Notes: generated by a model from the letters alone, not told the origin. Positions 9,114 through 20,007 are shown, counted from the stretch's first letter. The stretch is DNA of 64,000 nucleotides from Planctomycetota bacterium (GCA_965223545.1 OZ245006.1:2272001-2336000), one strand, 5' to 3'. Translations and numbers: made by a program.

Positions 9114-10229
9114 GTGTCGAACAGCATCTTCCACCGCCATCCTCGCCTGACGCTGCTGTGCGTCACCGCGGTCCTCTGCACGGGGCTGTTGTTCGCGGTC
9201 GAGGCGTTGTTGGCGCGCAACGCGCCGAGCGCCGGCGTCAGCTCGCACCGCTCGATTCGGCTGCGCGAGCACAAGCCGGGCCACGAAGAGTGGATCGACA
9301 TGCCCGCCGAGCTGCTGCGCGACCCGGATTCATTGACGACGGAACGCGTGCACCTCGCGGTCGACGAGAACGGCTTCATCGAGCCCTCCGTCGTGCACGA
9401 CGACCCCGAGCTCAGCGTCGTCTTCCTCGGCGGCTCGACGACCGAGTGCCTCTGGGTGCAGGAGGAGAATCGCTTTCCCTACGTCGTGGGCCGCTTGCTC
9501 GAGCAAGGCCCGCGCTACAGCCGCGTCAACAGCATCAACGCCGGCCGCTCCGCCAACCACTCGCTGCACTCGATCGCGGCCCTCATCGGCAAGGTCGTCC
9601 CGCTGCGGCCACAGGTGTGCGTGCTGCTGCACAACTGCAACGACCTGATGGTGCTGCTGCAGCACGAGACCTACTGGTCGACCCGGATCGCCTACCGCAA
9701 CATGCTCGAGCACCGGCGCCGGCAGGAGACCGTCGGCACGCGCACCAAGGACCTGGTGCGGCAGATGTTTCCCAACGTCCTCGAGCTGTTCTCGCCGACG
9801 ATGGTCGCCGACGACCTCGCCGCCCTGCGCGGACGCCAGGCGAACGTCGATCGCGCGTTCATCGAGTCCCACTTCAAGAGCAGCTTGACGACCTTCGTCG
9901 AGATCTGCCGCGCATGGGGCATTCGCCCGGTGTTGATGACGCAGGCCAACCGGATCACCGAGCAGCCCGACGCGCAGTTCGGTCACTTGCCGGAACGGCT
10001 GCGGCTGGACTTCGGTGTGGAATACTCCGAGTACCACGAGCTCTACCACTGGATGAACGCGCTGATCCGCGACGTCGGCCGCGCCGAAGACGTTGCGGTC
10101 GTCGATCTGGCGAGCCTCATCCCGCAGACGAAGGAGTTCGTCTACGACCCCTACCACCTCAACGACGCCGGTTCGCGCAAGGCAGCGGAGCACATCGCCG
10201 CGGCCTTGGTGACGATGTTGGCCGAGTAA
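9114..10229 (+). CDS. SGNH/GDSL hydrolase family protein
   Basis: FLGGSTT, INAGRSA, HNCND, DPYHLNDAG blocks; N-terminal TM; start uncertain (GTG). Confidence 0.8.
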   Translation: MSNSIFHRHPRLTLLCVTAVLCTGLLFAVEALLARNAPSAGVSSHRSIRLREHKPGHEEWIDMPAELLRDPDSLTTERVHLAVDENGFIEPSVVHDDPELSVVFLGGSTTECLWVQEENRFPYVVGRLLEQGPRYSRVNSINAGRSANHSLHSIAALIGKVVPLRPQVCVLLHNCNDLMVLLQHETYWSTRIAYRNMLEHRRRQETVGTRTKDLVRQMFPNVLELFSPTMVADDLAALRGRQANVDRAFIESHFKSSLTTFVEICRAWGIRPVLMTQANRITEQPDAQFGHLPERLRLDFGVEYSEYHELYHWMNALIRDVGRAEDVAVVDLASLIPQTKEFVYDPYHLNDAGSRKAAEHIAAALVTMLAE

Positions 10230-10241
10230 GAGACGCGGCGC

Positions 10242-11570
10242 TTACTGCGCGGCCGTCTCGAGCCACTCGAGCCCCGCGCGGATCTGCGCGTGGGGATCAC
10301 CGTGCCAGCCGTGGCCTCCCTCGTACTCCACGAGGACGGTCTCCGCACCCGCCTTGGCCAAGCGGCGCACCGCGTCCTCTGCAAACCGCATGGGGATGAA
10401 ATCCTGCGGCGAGTGCAGCACGTAGTACGCCTTGCCCACGGCGCCGCGCAATGCAGGTAGCACCTTCGGCTTGAACACGCTCATGGCCACCATGCATCCG
10501 GCGAGCGGAGTCTTCGGCGTGAGGCTCGCCGAGTAGCACGGCGGTCCCCCCGAGGACCAGCCCAGCGCGAACACCTTGCGACGGTCGATCGGATGCCGTG
10601 CCGCGACATCAGCGACGACGGCGGCGATGAACTCCTCGGTCGTGAACTTCATCCCGTGCACGCGCGCCTTGCGCGTCGGCCAAACGATGCGATCGGCATC
10701 GTCGCCCCATCGCGGAGCGACCAGCTGCGCCACCAGATACCCCGGCGGCGCCGCGTGGCGAGCGATCGATTGCACGAACGGCCGAAACTCCGCCGATCCG
10801 TCGCCACCGGGCAGCACCAACAACAGCTTGAAGCCATCCGCGGGCGCCTCGCCAGCGGGACCGTGCAAGAAGTACTGCCGTTGCTCGTCGTCATCGATGC
10901 GCGTCGCCTCCGGCGACGGTGGCGCCTCGGCGCCAACCGGCAGCGCACCGGCGCGCACCGCCGGCTGCGGCGACAGCTTCAGCGCATCGGTCACCGCCAC
11001 GTCCTCGGCGACGTAGCGCGCCAAGACATCGTCGAACCAGACCTGCCCTGGTCCGTAGATCTGCAGCGCGACGCGCAACCGACGCGTGCCTTCCGGCACC
11101 GCCACGACCCCGCTGTACCACTGCCAGTCGTGGTCCGCGGGCGGATCCCCCACCCGGGTCGCCCCGACGTAGGCCGCCCAACAGTGGCCCGCCCCGCCCT
11201 GTGCATCCTCGAACTGCACATCGATCACCGCCTTGTGCGCCTTCGAAGCCTTGATCAGGGCACCGACGTGCACCCGACCGCGGCCATCCTCGTGCGGCAG
11301 CGTTTGCGTCCATTGGGCGATCGGGAAGTAGCGTTCGACGGTCTTGGCCAGGCCCAAGCTCCGGTCTCCACCAGCGCCGGCGTCAGCCCACACGAACTCG
11401 ACTCCGGGCGGCGGGTCGCTCCGTTGCCAGCCTGCCGGCGCGCCATCCCCGACCTCGGCCCCGGGGTTCTCCAGCAGGTTGTCGGCGGGCGATTGACCGG
11501 TGGACGTATCCGCCAAGAGCGCGGAACAAACGACGATCAGAGGCCAGTGCCAGGGGGCGATCTGTCGCAT
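10242..11570 (-). CDS. Secreted alpha/beta hydrolase (phospholipase/carboxylesterase-like) with N-terminal CBM-like domain
   Basis: Signal peptide; NLLENPGAE...VWFDDV carbohydrate-binding-like module; GWSSGG nucleophile elbow, SPQDF, GGHGW. Confidence 0.75.
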   Translation of the reverse strand: MRQIAPWHWPLIVVCSALLADTSTGQSPADNLLENPGAEVGDGAPAGWQRSDPPPGVEFVWADAGAGGDRSLGLAKTVERYFPIAQWTQTLPHEDGRGRVHVGALIKASKAHKAVIDVQFEDAQGGAGHCWAAYVGATRVGDPPADHDWQWYSGVVAVPEGTRRLRVALQIYGPGQVWFDDVLARYVAEDVAVTDALKLSPQPAVRAGALPVGAEAPPSPEATRIDDDEQRQYFLHGPAGEAPADGFKLLLVLPGGDGSAEFRPFVQSIARHAAPPGYLVAQLVAPRWGDDADRIVWPTRKARVHGMKFTTEEFIAAVVADVAARHPIDRRKVFALGWSSGGPPCYSASLTPKTPLAGCMVAMSVFKPKVLPALRGAVGKAYYVLHSPQDFIPMRFAEDAVRRLAKAGAETVLVEYEGGHGWHGDPHAQIRAGLEWLETAAQ

Positions 11571-11757
11571 GCAATCAAACCCTCTGCAACGCGGAATCGC
11601 GGCGATCGGGCCGCCCGCCGACTCTACCACGATCGGCGGCCCCGCGACGAGCGCCTCGACCGTGCGCGGCGATGGTATGCTAGAAGGGTCTCTGCTGCTC
11701 CCGGCTGGCTGGGCGTCGCTCCGCCGTCGGCACGAGCACCCCCACACACCTCCCATC

Positions 11758-12846
11758 ATGCAGAAGATCTGGCTCTTGGCAGCGCTCTGCGCTGTCTCAG
11801 TACCGGTCCGCGCGCAGCCGGACCACTTCACCACCGCACCCGAGGGCTACGACTACGTCGAGGGCGACTCGGACAGCCGTGATCTGCTCGGCACCGAACC
11901 CCTCCTGCGCTACCAGCAGATCGACGGGACGATCCTGACGGACCTGCAGTCGCGCAACAAGATGGCGTTCCGGCGCGATGGTCGGCTGCCCGACAACTTC
12001 GACTACCTCGGCCGGACCATCGAGCTCGAGGTGGTGTTCTCGGAGTCCGACCTCGCGTCGATCTCCACCAACTTCGCCGCCAACTACAAGACCAACACGA
12101 CGACGGTGGTGTCTCGCAAGAAGATCGCCTTCGCCGACTGGAGCTTCGCACCGACCGTGCTGCCCGGAGGCGTGACCAACGTGCTGGCGCTCGACCAACT
12201 CTGGAGCTACCTGGGCAGGCCTGCCAGCGGCAACGACTTCCTCTGGGAGGTGCGGGTTTGGAGCAACACGATGGCGGGCAAGGATTACCCGTTCGACCTC
12301 GAGTACGTCGTGCCCAACGCGACCTTCGGGACACAGGCTCCGGCGATCAACGGCGGCGTGCAGCTGAGCGCCGGCTGCGCGATCGGCGCGGCCGCGCCGT
12401 TCGACCTACAGCTGGCACTGACCAATACCGGCAGTGCGCTGGGCTGGCAGTCGGACACCTACTTCGGCACGCCGGGCGCGCCGGTCGCGCTGCTGCTCGA
12501 CGGCATCGACCAACAGCTGCAGCTGCCCGGGCTGTGCTCCACCGTCCACGCTCTGGCGATGACCATCCCGCACGGCATCGCCGACGGCGCTGGCCACACG
12601 AGCGTCGGCTTCAACCTGCCGTACCGGCGCTCGCTGCTGGGAGCGACTCTGTTCGCGCAGGCCGCGACTCCCGATCTCGGCCAGCCTGGCACCGCCGTCG
12701 CGCTGACCGGCGGCCTCTCCGCCACCGTCCCGGCCGACCCGGCTCCACCGAAGGTGGGCCGCCTGTGGGCGCTCGATCCGAACGCCACCACGGCCACCAC
12801 CGGCCCACTGCCGGGTGGCATCATCATCTGGACCAACCATCAGTGA
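11758..12846 (+). CDS. Secreted protein, paralog family A, with shared C-terminal module
   Basis: Signal peptide ending VRA-Q; EG...RYQQID...FRRDG...LWEVRVWSN; paralogous to 12860, 35125, 30706. Confidence 0.85.
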   Translation: MQKIWLLAALCAVSVPVRAQPDHFTTAPEGYDYVEGDSDSRDLLGTEPLLRYQQIDGTILTDLQSRNKMAFRRDGRLPDNFDYLGRTIELEVVFSESDLASISTNFAANYKTNTTTVVSRKKIAFADWSFAPTVLPGGVTNVLALDQLWSYLGRPASGNDFLWEVRVWSNTMAGKDYPFDLEYVVPNATFGTQAPAINGGVQLSAGCAIGAAAPFDLQLALTNTGSALGWQSDTYFGTPGAPVALLLDGIDQQLQLPGLCSTVHALAMTIPHGIADGAGHTSVGFNLPYRRSLLGATLFAQAATPDLGQPGTAVALTGGLSATVPADPAPPKVGRLWALDPNATTATTGPLPGGIIIWTNHQ

Positions 12847-12859
12847 GAGGGACCACGCG

Positions 12860-13948
12860 ATGACTCCACTGCGCTACGTATTTGCCGCCCTCGGCATCAC
12901 TGCACTGCTTCCCGCCGCACCTCAGGGCCCGGTCACGGCCAGCCCCGCGGGCATGCTCTACGTCGAGGGCGGCGGCGACAGCCGCGACGTGCTCGGCACT
13001 TTGGCCAAGACGCGCTACCAGCAGATCGACTCGACGCTCGTCTGGCCGCTGACCGGCATCCGCTCGCTGTCGCTGCGGCGCGACGGCCGGCTCGGCGCCG
13101 ACCCGGCCTATGGCGCCCGCACCGTCGACCTCGAGCTCATCTTGGCGGAGGGCGACATCAACAACTTCTCGCGCACCTTCGCCAACAACCACGTGGCCAA
13201 CGCGGTCACCGTGCTGCCGCGCAAGCAAGTGCAGTTTCCCGACTGGAGCGCCGCTCCCGGCCAGGTGCCGAGCAGCGCGCTGCTCACCCTGCCGTTCGCG
13301 CAGCCGTTCCACTACAGCGGCGCCTCGGTCAGCGGACGGGACCTGGTGTGGGACGTCAAGATCTACAGCAACAGCGCGGCCGGCAGCGACTACCCGTTCG
13401 ACTTGGAGCAGGTAGTGCCCAACGCGATCTTCGGCCAATTGGTGCCGACCCGCAGCGGCCACGTCGACCTCGGCTTCGGCTGTCAGGTGGCGACCGGCGA
13501 GTCCCACATGGACATCGACATCTGGAACTTCGGCTCCAAGTTCACCCTCGACGCGCACCTACACACCGCCGCCAACGCGCCGGTGATCCTCAACCTGGGC
13601 TTCTTCAACGCCGGCCTGAAGCCGCCCGGCTTCTGCGCCACGATCTTCGCTCTGCCCGGCATCGCCCTGCCGGTCGGCATGTCCAACGGCATCGGCGATA
13701 TGGACATCGACATCGACCCGATCCCGTACAACCCCGCCATCATCGGCATGGACGTCTACGCGCAGTGCGTCGCGCCCGATGCCAGCCAGCCGGGCGTGCC
13801 GCTGGCGCTGAGCAGTGGCGCGAAGATGACGATCCCCACCGACCCCCGCGGCCCCGCCATGGGACGGCTGTGGTCGACCGACCCGGCCGCTACTCGCGGC
13901 GCCAACGGCCCGTTCGCCGGGGGCATCGTCGCGCAGCTCGGGCAGTAG
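12860..13948 (+). CDS. Secreted protein, paralog family A
   Basis: SD GAGAGGGA; RYQQID, LRRDG, LVWDVKIYSN, DYPFDLE shared with upstream gene. Confidence 0.85.
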   Translation: MTPLRYVFAALGITALLPAAPQGPVTASPAGMLYVEGGGDSRDVLGTLAKTRYQQIDSTLVWPLTGIRSLSLRRDGRLGADPAYGARTVDLELILAEGDINNFSRTFANNHVANAVTVLPRKQVQFPDWSAAPGQVPSSALLTLPFAQPFHYSGASVSGRDLVWDVKIYSNSAAGSDYPFDLEQVVPNAIFGQLVPTRSGHVDLGFGCQVATGESHMDIDIWNFGSKFTLDAHLHTAANAPVILNLGFFNAGLKPPGFCATIFALPGIALPVGMSNGIGDMDIDIDPIPYNPAIIGMDVYAQCVAPDASQPGVPLALSSGAKMTIPTDPRGPAMGRLWSTDPAATRGANGPFAGGIVAQLGQ

Positions 13949-13949
13949 A

Positions 13950-14046
13950 GCTGCGCGGCCACGGCCGCAAACACGGAGCGTCCCGCGACCCGAGCGTGGG
14001 GCGCGAATCCCCCGGTCGCCGGCGGCCGAGGCCGCAACCAAACTCA
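13950..14046 (-). repeat. REP-like composite repeat, locus 1
   Basis: Minus strand has GAGTTTGGTTGCGGCCTCGGCCGC and GTGTTTGCGGCCGTGGCCGCGC around a spacer similar to 17781-17838; lies between convergent genes. Confidence 0.75.
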
Positions 14047-14442
14047 ACGGCCGAGCGTGGGATCCGGCGCGTGCGCGACCGGTTCCGGGTGCGCCATGCA
14101 CCAATCGACCACGCGCTCGGTGATCAGGTAGTAGCAGCTGCCGTGGCCGGACAGGTCGGGCCGGTCCCGGTCGCGGACGATCTCGTCGATGGCCGCGGCG
14201 ATCGCTTCGCGCTCGGCTTCGGTGAACGTCGCCGGATCGTCCAGGTGGTGGCCGACGAAGCGCCACATGCGCTCGCAGTCCGCGTCCCAGTTGGCGTTAC
14301 CGTTGCGGTAGGCCTCGTCTGTGAGCTTGCCGGCGATGCGGATCAGCTCGCCCTGCAGGGTGTCGGCCTGCCCGTGGGTCGGCACGAACTCGTCCCACAG
14401 CCGCTCGTGCTCTTTGGTCCACTCGTAGTTGCGTTCTGGCAT
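14044..14442 (-). CDS. Hypothetical protein
   Basis: SD GGAGA; LWDEFVPTHGQADTLQGELIR...YRNGNANWD reads like a real protein; start could extend to an upstream lipobox (LLSC). Confidence 0.65.
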   Translation of the reverse strand: MPERNYEWTKEHERLWDEFVPTHGQADTLQGELIRIAGKLTDEAYRNGNANWDADCERMWRFVGHHLDDPATFTEAEREAIAAAIDEIVRDRDRPDLSGHGSCYYLITERVVDWCMAHPEPVAHAPDPTLGR

Positions 14443-14562
14443 ACCATCTCCGCCGCACGACAGCAGCGCGGCGACCAAGCCCAAGACGCACGGGTATCGA
14501 GGGACCGACCTCGAATTCACTCCGCGCCCGTGTTGCCGCAAACGATCCAAGACCGCGACAGT

Positions 14563-16506
14563 CTACGGCAGCAGGCGGATGCCGATGGCATTCGACGCCA
14601 GGATCGCCCCGGTCGGCCCGGTGCGGTCGTCGACGAACGCCTGGGTGTAGATCGTCACCGGCGCGCCGACCTTGATCACCGGTAGGTTCAGCACCAGGTC
14701 GCCGGCCGCGTCGGTCATGCCGCACGCGATCTCGAACCACGGCCCGCCGACGCTCGCCGTCAACGGCCCCAGCGAAGAGGTCGTCCGCGACAGACCGCCG
14801 AGGATCAGCACCGGCTTGCCGGCGCTGCCGTCGACCTCGAGCCGCACCGGCGTGCCGGAGCGGTGCTGGACCTGCCAGGCCGGCTCGCCGTTGACGCGGT
14901 GCACGGCCAGCGCGAGCTTCGCGCCGGCGTAGGCATCGACGCGGCCGGCGCCGTAGGTGTTCTCCTTGCCCGCCACCAGCCCGAAGTCATCGGCGGTCTG
15001 GTGGACGATCATCGCCACGTCCTCGGGCGTCAGGCTCATGTTGGCGCTCTTCCACAGCGCCGCGATGCCGGCGACGACCGGGGTCGCGTTCGAAGTGCCG
15101 CCGAACGGCCGGATCTGGCAGCTGAAGCCACTGCCAACGGTCGTGTCGGTCCCCGACGGCGCGACCACGTCCGGCTTGAGCAACCCCAGCTGGGCACCTC
15201 CCGCCCACGGGTAGTCGTTGTGGGCAGCGCTCCAGTAGATCGTCGGAAACGTCGGCACCACCGCGAGCAGCTCGGTGAGATCCCACGCCACCGGCCCGCA
15301 CGGCGTCGTGCTCTGCAGCTGCCGCGTGGACAGGTCGTACGCGCCGACGCCGATCACCCCGCTGCGGGCACCGACCAGCGTCTGCGCCGGATCCATGTAC
15401 GGCGAGGGCACGTTGCCCGGCGCCGAGACGTTGAATGGGCGCCGCACCCCGCTTGTGGGATCCTGGCACGAGTTGCCGTTGTTGGACGTCGAGTTGGTGC
15501 GAATCAGCCCCGCCGCCAACGTCGCGTCGGCGATCTCGCGGTGCATCCGATAGTTGGGTGAGGGTAGGAAGTTGTTCTTGTAGGAATGCGAGCTGGTCTG
15601 CACGTGCGCGCCCATCTGCACCGCGTACTGCAACGCGAACCACTGGCTGACCTCGTTGGACAGCTTGCCGGTCATCAACTCGGCCCCCGGCGCGATGCCG
15701 TAGGCGGTGCCGTCGCAGAAGCAATTGCCGATCATCACGCCGGCGGTGGCGGTGCCATGGCCGCCGTTGTCGTCGACGTTGGGGCTGTTGGCGGCGAAGT
15801 TCCACCCGATGTCGTCGTCGATGTAGCCGTTGCCGTCGTCGTCGATGCCGTTGCCGATGATCTCACCGGGGTTGGCCCAAAGCCCGCTGCGCAGCGACAG
15901 GTGGAACTGGTTGACGCCACTGTCGGCGTTCATGATGACGACGCCCTTGCCAGTGAAGCCCATCGCCCACACTTTGTCGGCGCCGACCTCGGCCGGCCCG
16001 TTGCCCGCAGGCCCACAGCCCGCGGCGCCGGAGTGCGCGGCGCGCGGCGCACCGTCCTCGTAAGCGGCTGGCGGCAGGACCACGTCGGGCCACACTTCCC
16101 AGACGTCGTCGCGCGCCGCGACCGCGCGGACCACGTCGGCGTGCGCCTCCGCGCAGACGAAGTTGCCGAGCCAGTTCGCGGCAATGTCGCGGCAGCGACC
16201 GCGCTGCCGCTCCGCAAGCAGAAGCTCGACGATCGGGCGCTGGCTGCGCGCGGCATGGGCGCGCAAGTCCGCGACCACCGCGGCCCGGCGCGCGGCGAGC
16301 GGCAGGTCGCGCACGCGCGGAGACCAGTGGCCGGGCCCGATCCGGTCACGCATCACGAAGTAGACCCGCATCGGTTCGTCGCCGCGCGTGTTGGCCAGGC
16401 GGGCCGCCAGCGTGCGCTCGAACTTCCAGTCGACGTGCTGTGCCGGCATCGCCGCCGCCAGCAGAACCGCGGCCGCAGCGATGCGCCGTCCCCGCCGAAC
16501 TCCCAT
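14563..16506 (-). CDS. Secreted S8 (subtilisin-like) serine peptidase with shared C-terminal module
   Basis: Catalytic triad motifs ADSG, GHGT, GTSNATP; NGIDDDGNGYIDD Ca-binding loop; C-term IYTQAFVDD...ASNAI. Confidence 0.9.
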   Translation of the reverse strand: MGVRRGRRIAAAAVLLAAAMPAQHVDWKFERTLAARLANTRGDEPMRVYFVMRDRIGPGHWSPRVRDLPLAARRAAVVADLRAHAARSQRPIVELLLAERQRGRCRDIAANWLGNFVCAEAHADVVRAVAARDDVWEVWPDVVLPPAAYEDGAPRAAHSGAAGCGPAGNGPAEVGADKVWAMGFTGKGVVIMNADSGVNQFHLSLRSGLWANPGEIIGNGIDDDGNGYIDDDIGWNFAANSPNVDDNGGHGTATAGVMIGNCFCDGTAYGIAPGAELMTGKLSNEVSQWFALQYAVQMGAHVQTSSHSYKNNFLPSPNYRMHREIADATLAAGLIRTNSTSNNGNSCQDPTSGVRRPFNVSAPGNVPSPYMDPAQTLVGARSGVIGVGAYDLSTRQLQSTTPCGPVAWDLTELLAVVPTFPTIYWSAAHNDYPWAGGAQLGLLKPDVVAPSGTDTTVGSGFSCQIRPFGGTSNATPVVAGIAALWKSANMSLTPEDVAMIVHQTADDFGLVAGKENTYGAGRVDAYAGAKLALAVHRVNGEPAWQVQHRSGTPVRLEVDGSAGKPVLILGGLSRTTSSLGPLTASVGGPWFEIACGMTDAAGDLVLNLPVIKVGAPVTIYTQAFVDDRTGPTGAILASNAIGIRLLP

Positions 16507-16514
16507 TCTTCGCC

Positions 16515-17486
16515 TCACTGGATCGTGAACGAGACAGCGTTGGTCAACGTCAACGGCGTCTGCCGCCCGCTGGCGACATCGACGAGCAGGCACTGCGCCT
16601 CGAGCGTGGCGCCGACCAGCGACGCCCTGTTGGGGATCGGCACCGGGAAGACCGCGGTGCCATCGGCGAGCGCGGGCGTGCCCGGCGTGGTCCCGAAGCC
16701 GAGCTGCAGCAGCGGCTGCACCCACAGCGTGCAGCCGGTGACACCGACTAAGCCCAGGTCGACCTGGAACGTCGGGTTGGCGCCGAAGACGAACACGCAC
16801 GGCACCGCCGGCGGCGCGCCGTGCACCTCGAGGTTGAAGTTGGGGTTGCCGACCGAGGCCGTCTGCGCCGAGCCCAGCACCGGAGTCACCCCCGTGCCGC
16901 CCGCACAGCCGGCGCCGTGGTCAGTGACCGAAGCGCTGTTGACGAACAGGCGCACCGGCACGGACTGCTGCTGGCTGTCGCCGAAGAACGCCCATTGGTC
17001 ACCGTTCTCGGTGCCGTCGCCGTCCGCGGTATTGGACCCCGTGTACAGCTCGACCAACCCCGGCGTCGCCGGTGCCGTGTAGCCGTACTGCCAGCTGCGG
17101 CCGAAGAACGCGAAGCTGTGGGTGATGAACTTGCCAGCCGGATCGGTCTTCGTCATCGACCCCGCCGCCAGCGCGCCGCGCGTCACCTCGGCGACAAACC
17201 CGCCCCAGGTCGAGGTCGACACGCCACCCGTGGTCGTCGACGTGATCTGGATCGCCTGCCCCGCATCCAACGAGTACTGCGTGGGCGACACCTCGAGGTG
17301 CGGCAGCGGCACTCCCGCGGTGGCGGAGTGGCATTGCGCGCAACCCTGGCCGGTGCGGACCACGGTGTTGGGGACGGTGCCGGGAATGCCGGTCGTGCCG
17401 GGCAACGCGCCCTTGCTGTAGGAGAGGGCGGTGGCGGCGAGCACGAGCGCGGCCGGACTCGCGATCAGGAGGAGCCGGTGTTTCAT
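16515..17486 (-). CDS. Secreted Reeler-like (choice-of-anchor V type) protein with CxxCH and shared C-terminal module
   Basis: Signal; SKGA...TG.PG...GCAQCH; WQYGYTAP...NTADGDGTENGD; C-term IPNRASLVGATLEAQC...LTNAV. Confidence 0.7.
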   Translation of the reverse strand: MKHRLLLIASPAALVLAATALSYSKGALPGTTGIPGTVPNTVVRTGQGCAQCHSATAGVPLPHLEVSPTQYSLDAGQAIQITSTTTGGVSTSTWGGFVAEVTRGALAAGSMTKTDPAGKFITHSFAFFGRSWQYGYTAPATPGLVELYTGSNTADGDGTENGDQWAFFGDSQQQSVPVRLFVNSASVTDHGAGCAGGTGVTPVLGSAQTASVGNPNFNLEVHGAPPAVPCVFVFGANPTFQVDLGLVGVTGCTLWVQPLLQLGFGTTPGTPALADGTAVFPVPIPNRASLVGATLEAQCLLVDVASGRQTPLTLTNAVSFTIQ

Positions 17487-17664
17487 CTGCGACGGGCCAA
17501 AGGTGTGGTGTGTGTGGCGGCGTGGGCCTTGGCCACGCGACGCCATGGGAATGATAGCGTACGCGGCCGCCCGCGGCCCGAACGGGCGCCCAGGCAGTCC
17601 GATCCTGCGACAGGGCGCCAATCCGCCGCGGCAAGGGCGGCTCGTGAGCCTTAAGGCCCCCCGG

Positions 17665-17866
17665 GCCTCAGGGTCCGCAAATCTTCGCGCGGCGACAACC
17701 TTTCGGAAGGCTCGATGCCGCTGGAACTTCGACAACGCAGCTCCCGGAGGCTCGAAGACAACACTGGCCTCTGGGCTCAGCGCGGCCGCCGGCGACCGCG
17801 GGACCCGCGACCGACGCTCGGGTCGCGGAATGCTCCGTGTTTGGTTGCGGCCTCGGCCGCGCTGAG
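17665..17866 (+). repeat. REP/REPIN-like composite repeat, locus 2
   Basis: 17665-17786 matches 45609-45730 (e.g. identical CTCCCGGAGGCTCGAAGACAACACTGGC); ends GTTTGGTTGCGGCCTCGGCCGCGCTGAG. Confidence 0.85.
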
Positions 17867-17867
17867 G

Positions 17868-18887
17868 TCAGTCGTCGGCGGGGATCGGCTGGACCGCGCT
17901 GCCGCTGGCCATGCTCAGCGTCGCCGCCTCGAGCGCCTGGACCACGCGCAGGCCGTTGCGGCCGTCGGTCAGCGCCGGCTCGCCACGCTCGACGCAGTCG
18001 AGGAAGTGCTCGCACTCGGCCTGCAAGGGCTGATTCAGCCGAATCGCCGGGATGTACACCCCGCCGTCCACCACGGAGGTCTTGTACTCGAGGTAGGTGT
18101 CGGCATCCGGCGGCGCCTCGACGTGCCCGTCGTAGACCTGCACCGGCCGCTGCAGCTCGAGGTCGTCCCAGACCGCCATCTTGGCACTGCCGACGACGGT
18201 GATCTGCCGCACCTTGCGGGGGTTGAGCCAGCTGACGTTGACGTGGGCCAGCGGACCGTCGGCGAAGCTGAAGGTGGCAAAGACCGCGTCCTCGATCTGC
18301 GCGTTGAGGTAGGACTGACCGCGCGCGGTGACGTCCAGCGGCGGCCGCCCCATCAAGTAGGTCATGATCGAGATGTCGTGACTGGCGAGATCCCACAGCG
18401 CATTGACGTCGGTGCGCACCGGTCCGAGGTTGGTGCGCACGAAGCTCAGGTAGTGGATGTCGCCGAGCTCGCCGGCGTCGATCAGCTTCTTGAGCGCTCG
18501 GATCGACGCGTTGTACTCGAACACGTGGCCGACCATCAGCACGCGCTGCCGTGCCTCGGCCAGCTCGATCAAGGCGCGCGCCTCCGCCGCCGTCTTGGTG
18601 ATCGGCTTCTCCACCATGACGTGCTTGCCGGCCTCGAGTGCCTGCCGCACCAGCTCGAAGTGCGTGTGCACCGGCGTCGACACCGCCACCGCCGCGACCT
18701 CGTCGTCGGCGAGAATGTCGTCCAGCTGCTGCGTCGTGCGAGCGCCTGGCTGCTTGTCGGCGAAGCGTTCGAGACGCCGCGGATCGAGGTCACACACCCA
18801 CTTGATCTGGGCACGGCCGGTGAGCGCGAACGAGCGCGCGATGTTCGGTCCCCAGTGCCCGACGCCGACGAGTCCGATGTGGTGCAT
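17868..18887 (-). CDS. Gfo/Idh/MocA family oxidoreductase (NDP-sugar 3-dehydrogenase-like)
   Basis: IGLVGVGHWG, KHVMVEKP, WDLASHD. Confidence 0.9.
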   Translation of the reverse strand: MHHIGLVGVGHWGPNIARSFALTGRAQIKWVCDLDPRRLERFADKQPGARTTQQLDDILADDEVAAVAVSTPVHTHFELVRQALEAGKHVMVEKPITKTAAEARALIELAEARQRVLMVGHVFEYNASIRALKKLIDAGELGDIHYLSFVRTNLGPVRTDVNALWDLASHDISIMTYLMGRPPLDVTARGQSYLNAQIEDAVFATFSFADGPLAHVNVSWLNPRKVRQITVVGSAKMAVWDDLELQRPVQVYDGHVEAPPDADTYLEYKTSVVDGGVYIPAIRLNQPLQAECEHFLDCVERGEPALTDGRNGLRVVQALEAATLSMASGSAVQPIPADD

Positions 18888-18891
18888 GCTC

Positions 18892-20007
18892 TTAGTTCCG
18901 CGCAGTCCGCGCCAACACCTCGGCCGCCCGGCCGACGGCCTCGTCGGGCATCTCGGCGTAGATCGGCAGGCTCAAACAACGCCGCGCCCAGCGCTCGGAG
19001 ACCGGGAAGCGCCCGGTCTCGTAGCCCAACCAGCGATAGGCACCGAGCTCGTGCACGGCGAACGGATAGTGAATGCCGGCGCCGATCCCGGCCGCGTGCA
19101 GCGCCTGCAGACACTCGTCCCGGTTGCCGACGCGGACCACGTAGAGGTGGTGCACCGAGCCGGGATCGATGTCGGTCAGCTCGACGCCATCGATGCCGGC
19201 CAAGGCGTCGTGATAGGCGGCGGCGAGCTCGCGGCGCCGCGCGTTCCAGGCGTCGAGATGGCGCAGCTTGACGCGCAGCACGGCCGCCTGCAGCGTATCG
19301 AGGCGACTGTTGAGCCCCATGCTCTCGTGGTGGTACTTGACCGCGCTGCCCCAGTTGCGCAGCAGCGACAGCTCGCGCATCAGCTCCTCGTCGCCGGTGG
19401 TGATCGCGCCGCCGTCGCCGTAGGCGCCGAGGTTCTTGCCCGGGTAGAAGCTGAACGCAGCGATCCGGCCGAGCGTTCCGGCGCGCCGGCCAAACGCTTC
19501 CGCGCCGTGCGCCTGGGCAGCGTCTTCGAGCACGGGCAAGCCGTGCTTGTCGGCCACCGCCTGCAACGCCGGCATCGCCGCACACTGGCCGTAGAGATGC
19601 ACCGGCAGGATCACCTTGGTGCGCTCGGTAATGGCTGCCTCGACCAGCTCCGGATCCAAATGGCCGCGCGCCGGGTCGACGTCCACCAGCACCGGGCGGC
19701 CGCCGGCGAGGGTCACGCCGAGGGCAGTCGCGACGAAGGTGAACGCCGGCAGGATCACCTCGTCCCCCTCTCCGACGCCGAGCACGCGGCACGCGAGGTG
19801 GAGTGCATCGGTGCCGCTGGCGCAGCCGATGGCGTAGCGCGCACCGCAGAACGCGGCGAACTCCTGCTCGAATCGCTCGTGGTCCTCACCCAGGATGAAG
19901 TCGCAGCGGTCGAGTACACCGCGCAAGGCGGCGTCGATGTCGGCGGCGATCTGCTGGCGCTGCGCTTTGAGATCGACCAGCGGGATCGATCGCTTGGAAT
20001 CGGACAT
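18892..20007 (-). CDS. DegT/DnrJ/EryC1/StrS family aminotransferase
   Basis: [42 protein letters not shown]. Confidence 0.95.
   Translation of the reverse strand: MSDSKRSIPLVDLKAQRQQIAADIDAALRGVLDRCDFILGEDHERFEQEFAAFCGARYAIGCASGTDALHLACRVLGVGEGDEVILPAFTFVATALGVTLAGGRPVLVDVDPARGHLDPELVEAAITERTKVILPVHLYGQCAAMPALQAVADKHGLPVLEDAAQAHGAEAFGRRAGTLGRIAAFSFYPGKNLGAYGDGGAITTGDEELMRELSLLRNWGSAVKYHHESMGLNSRLDTLQAAVLRVKLRHLDAWNARRRELAAAYHDALAGIDGVELTDIDPGSVHHLYVVRVGNRDECLQALHAAGIGAGIHYPFAVHELGAYRWLGYETGRFPVSERWARRCLSLPIYAEMPDEAVGRAAEVLARTARN

Noticed and set aside
17868..20007. O-antigen/EPS cluster
   Set aside because: Only a dehydrogenase-aminotransferase pair; no flippase, polymerase or adjacent GT-A/B genes.
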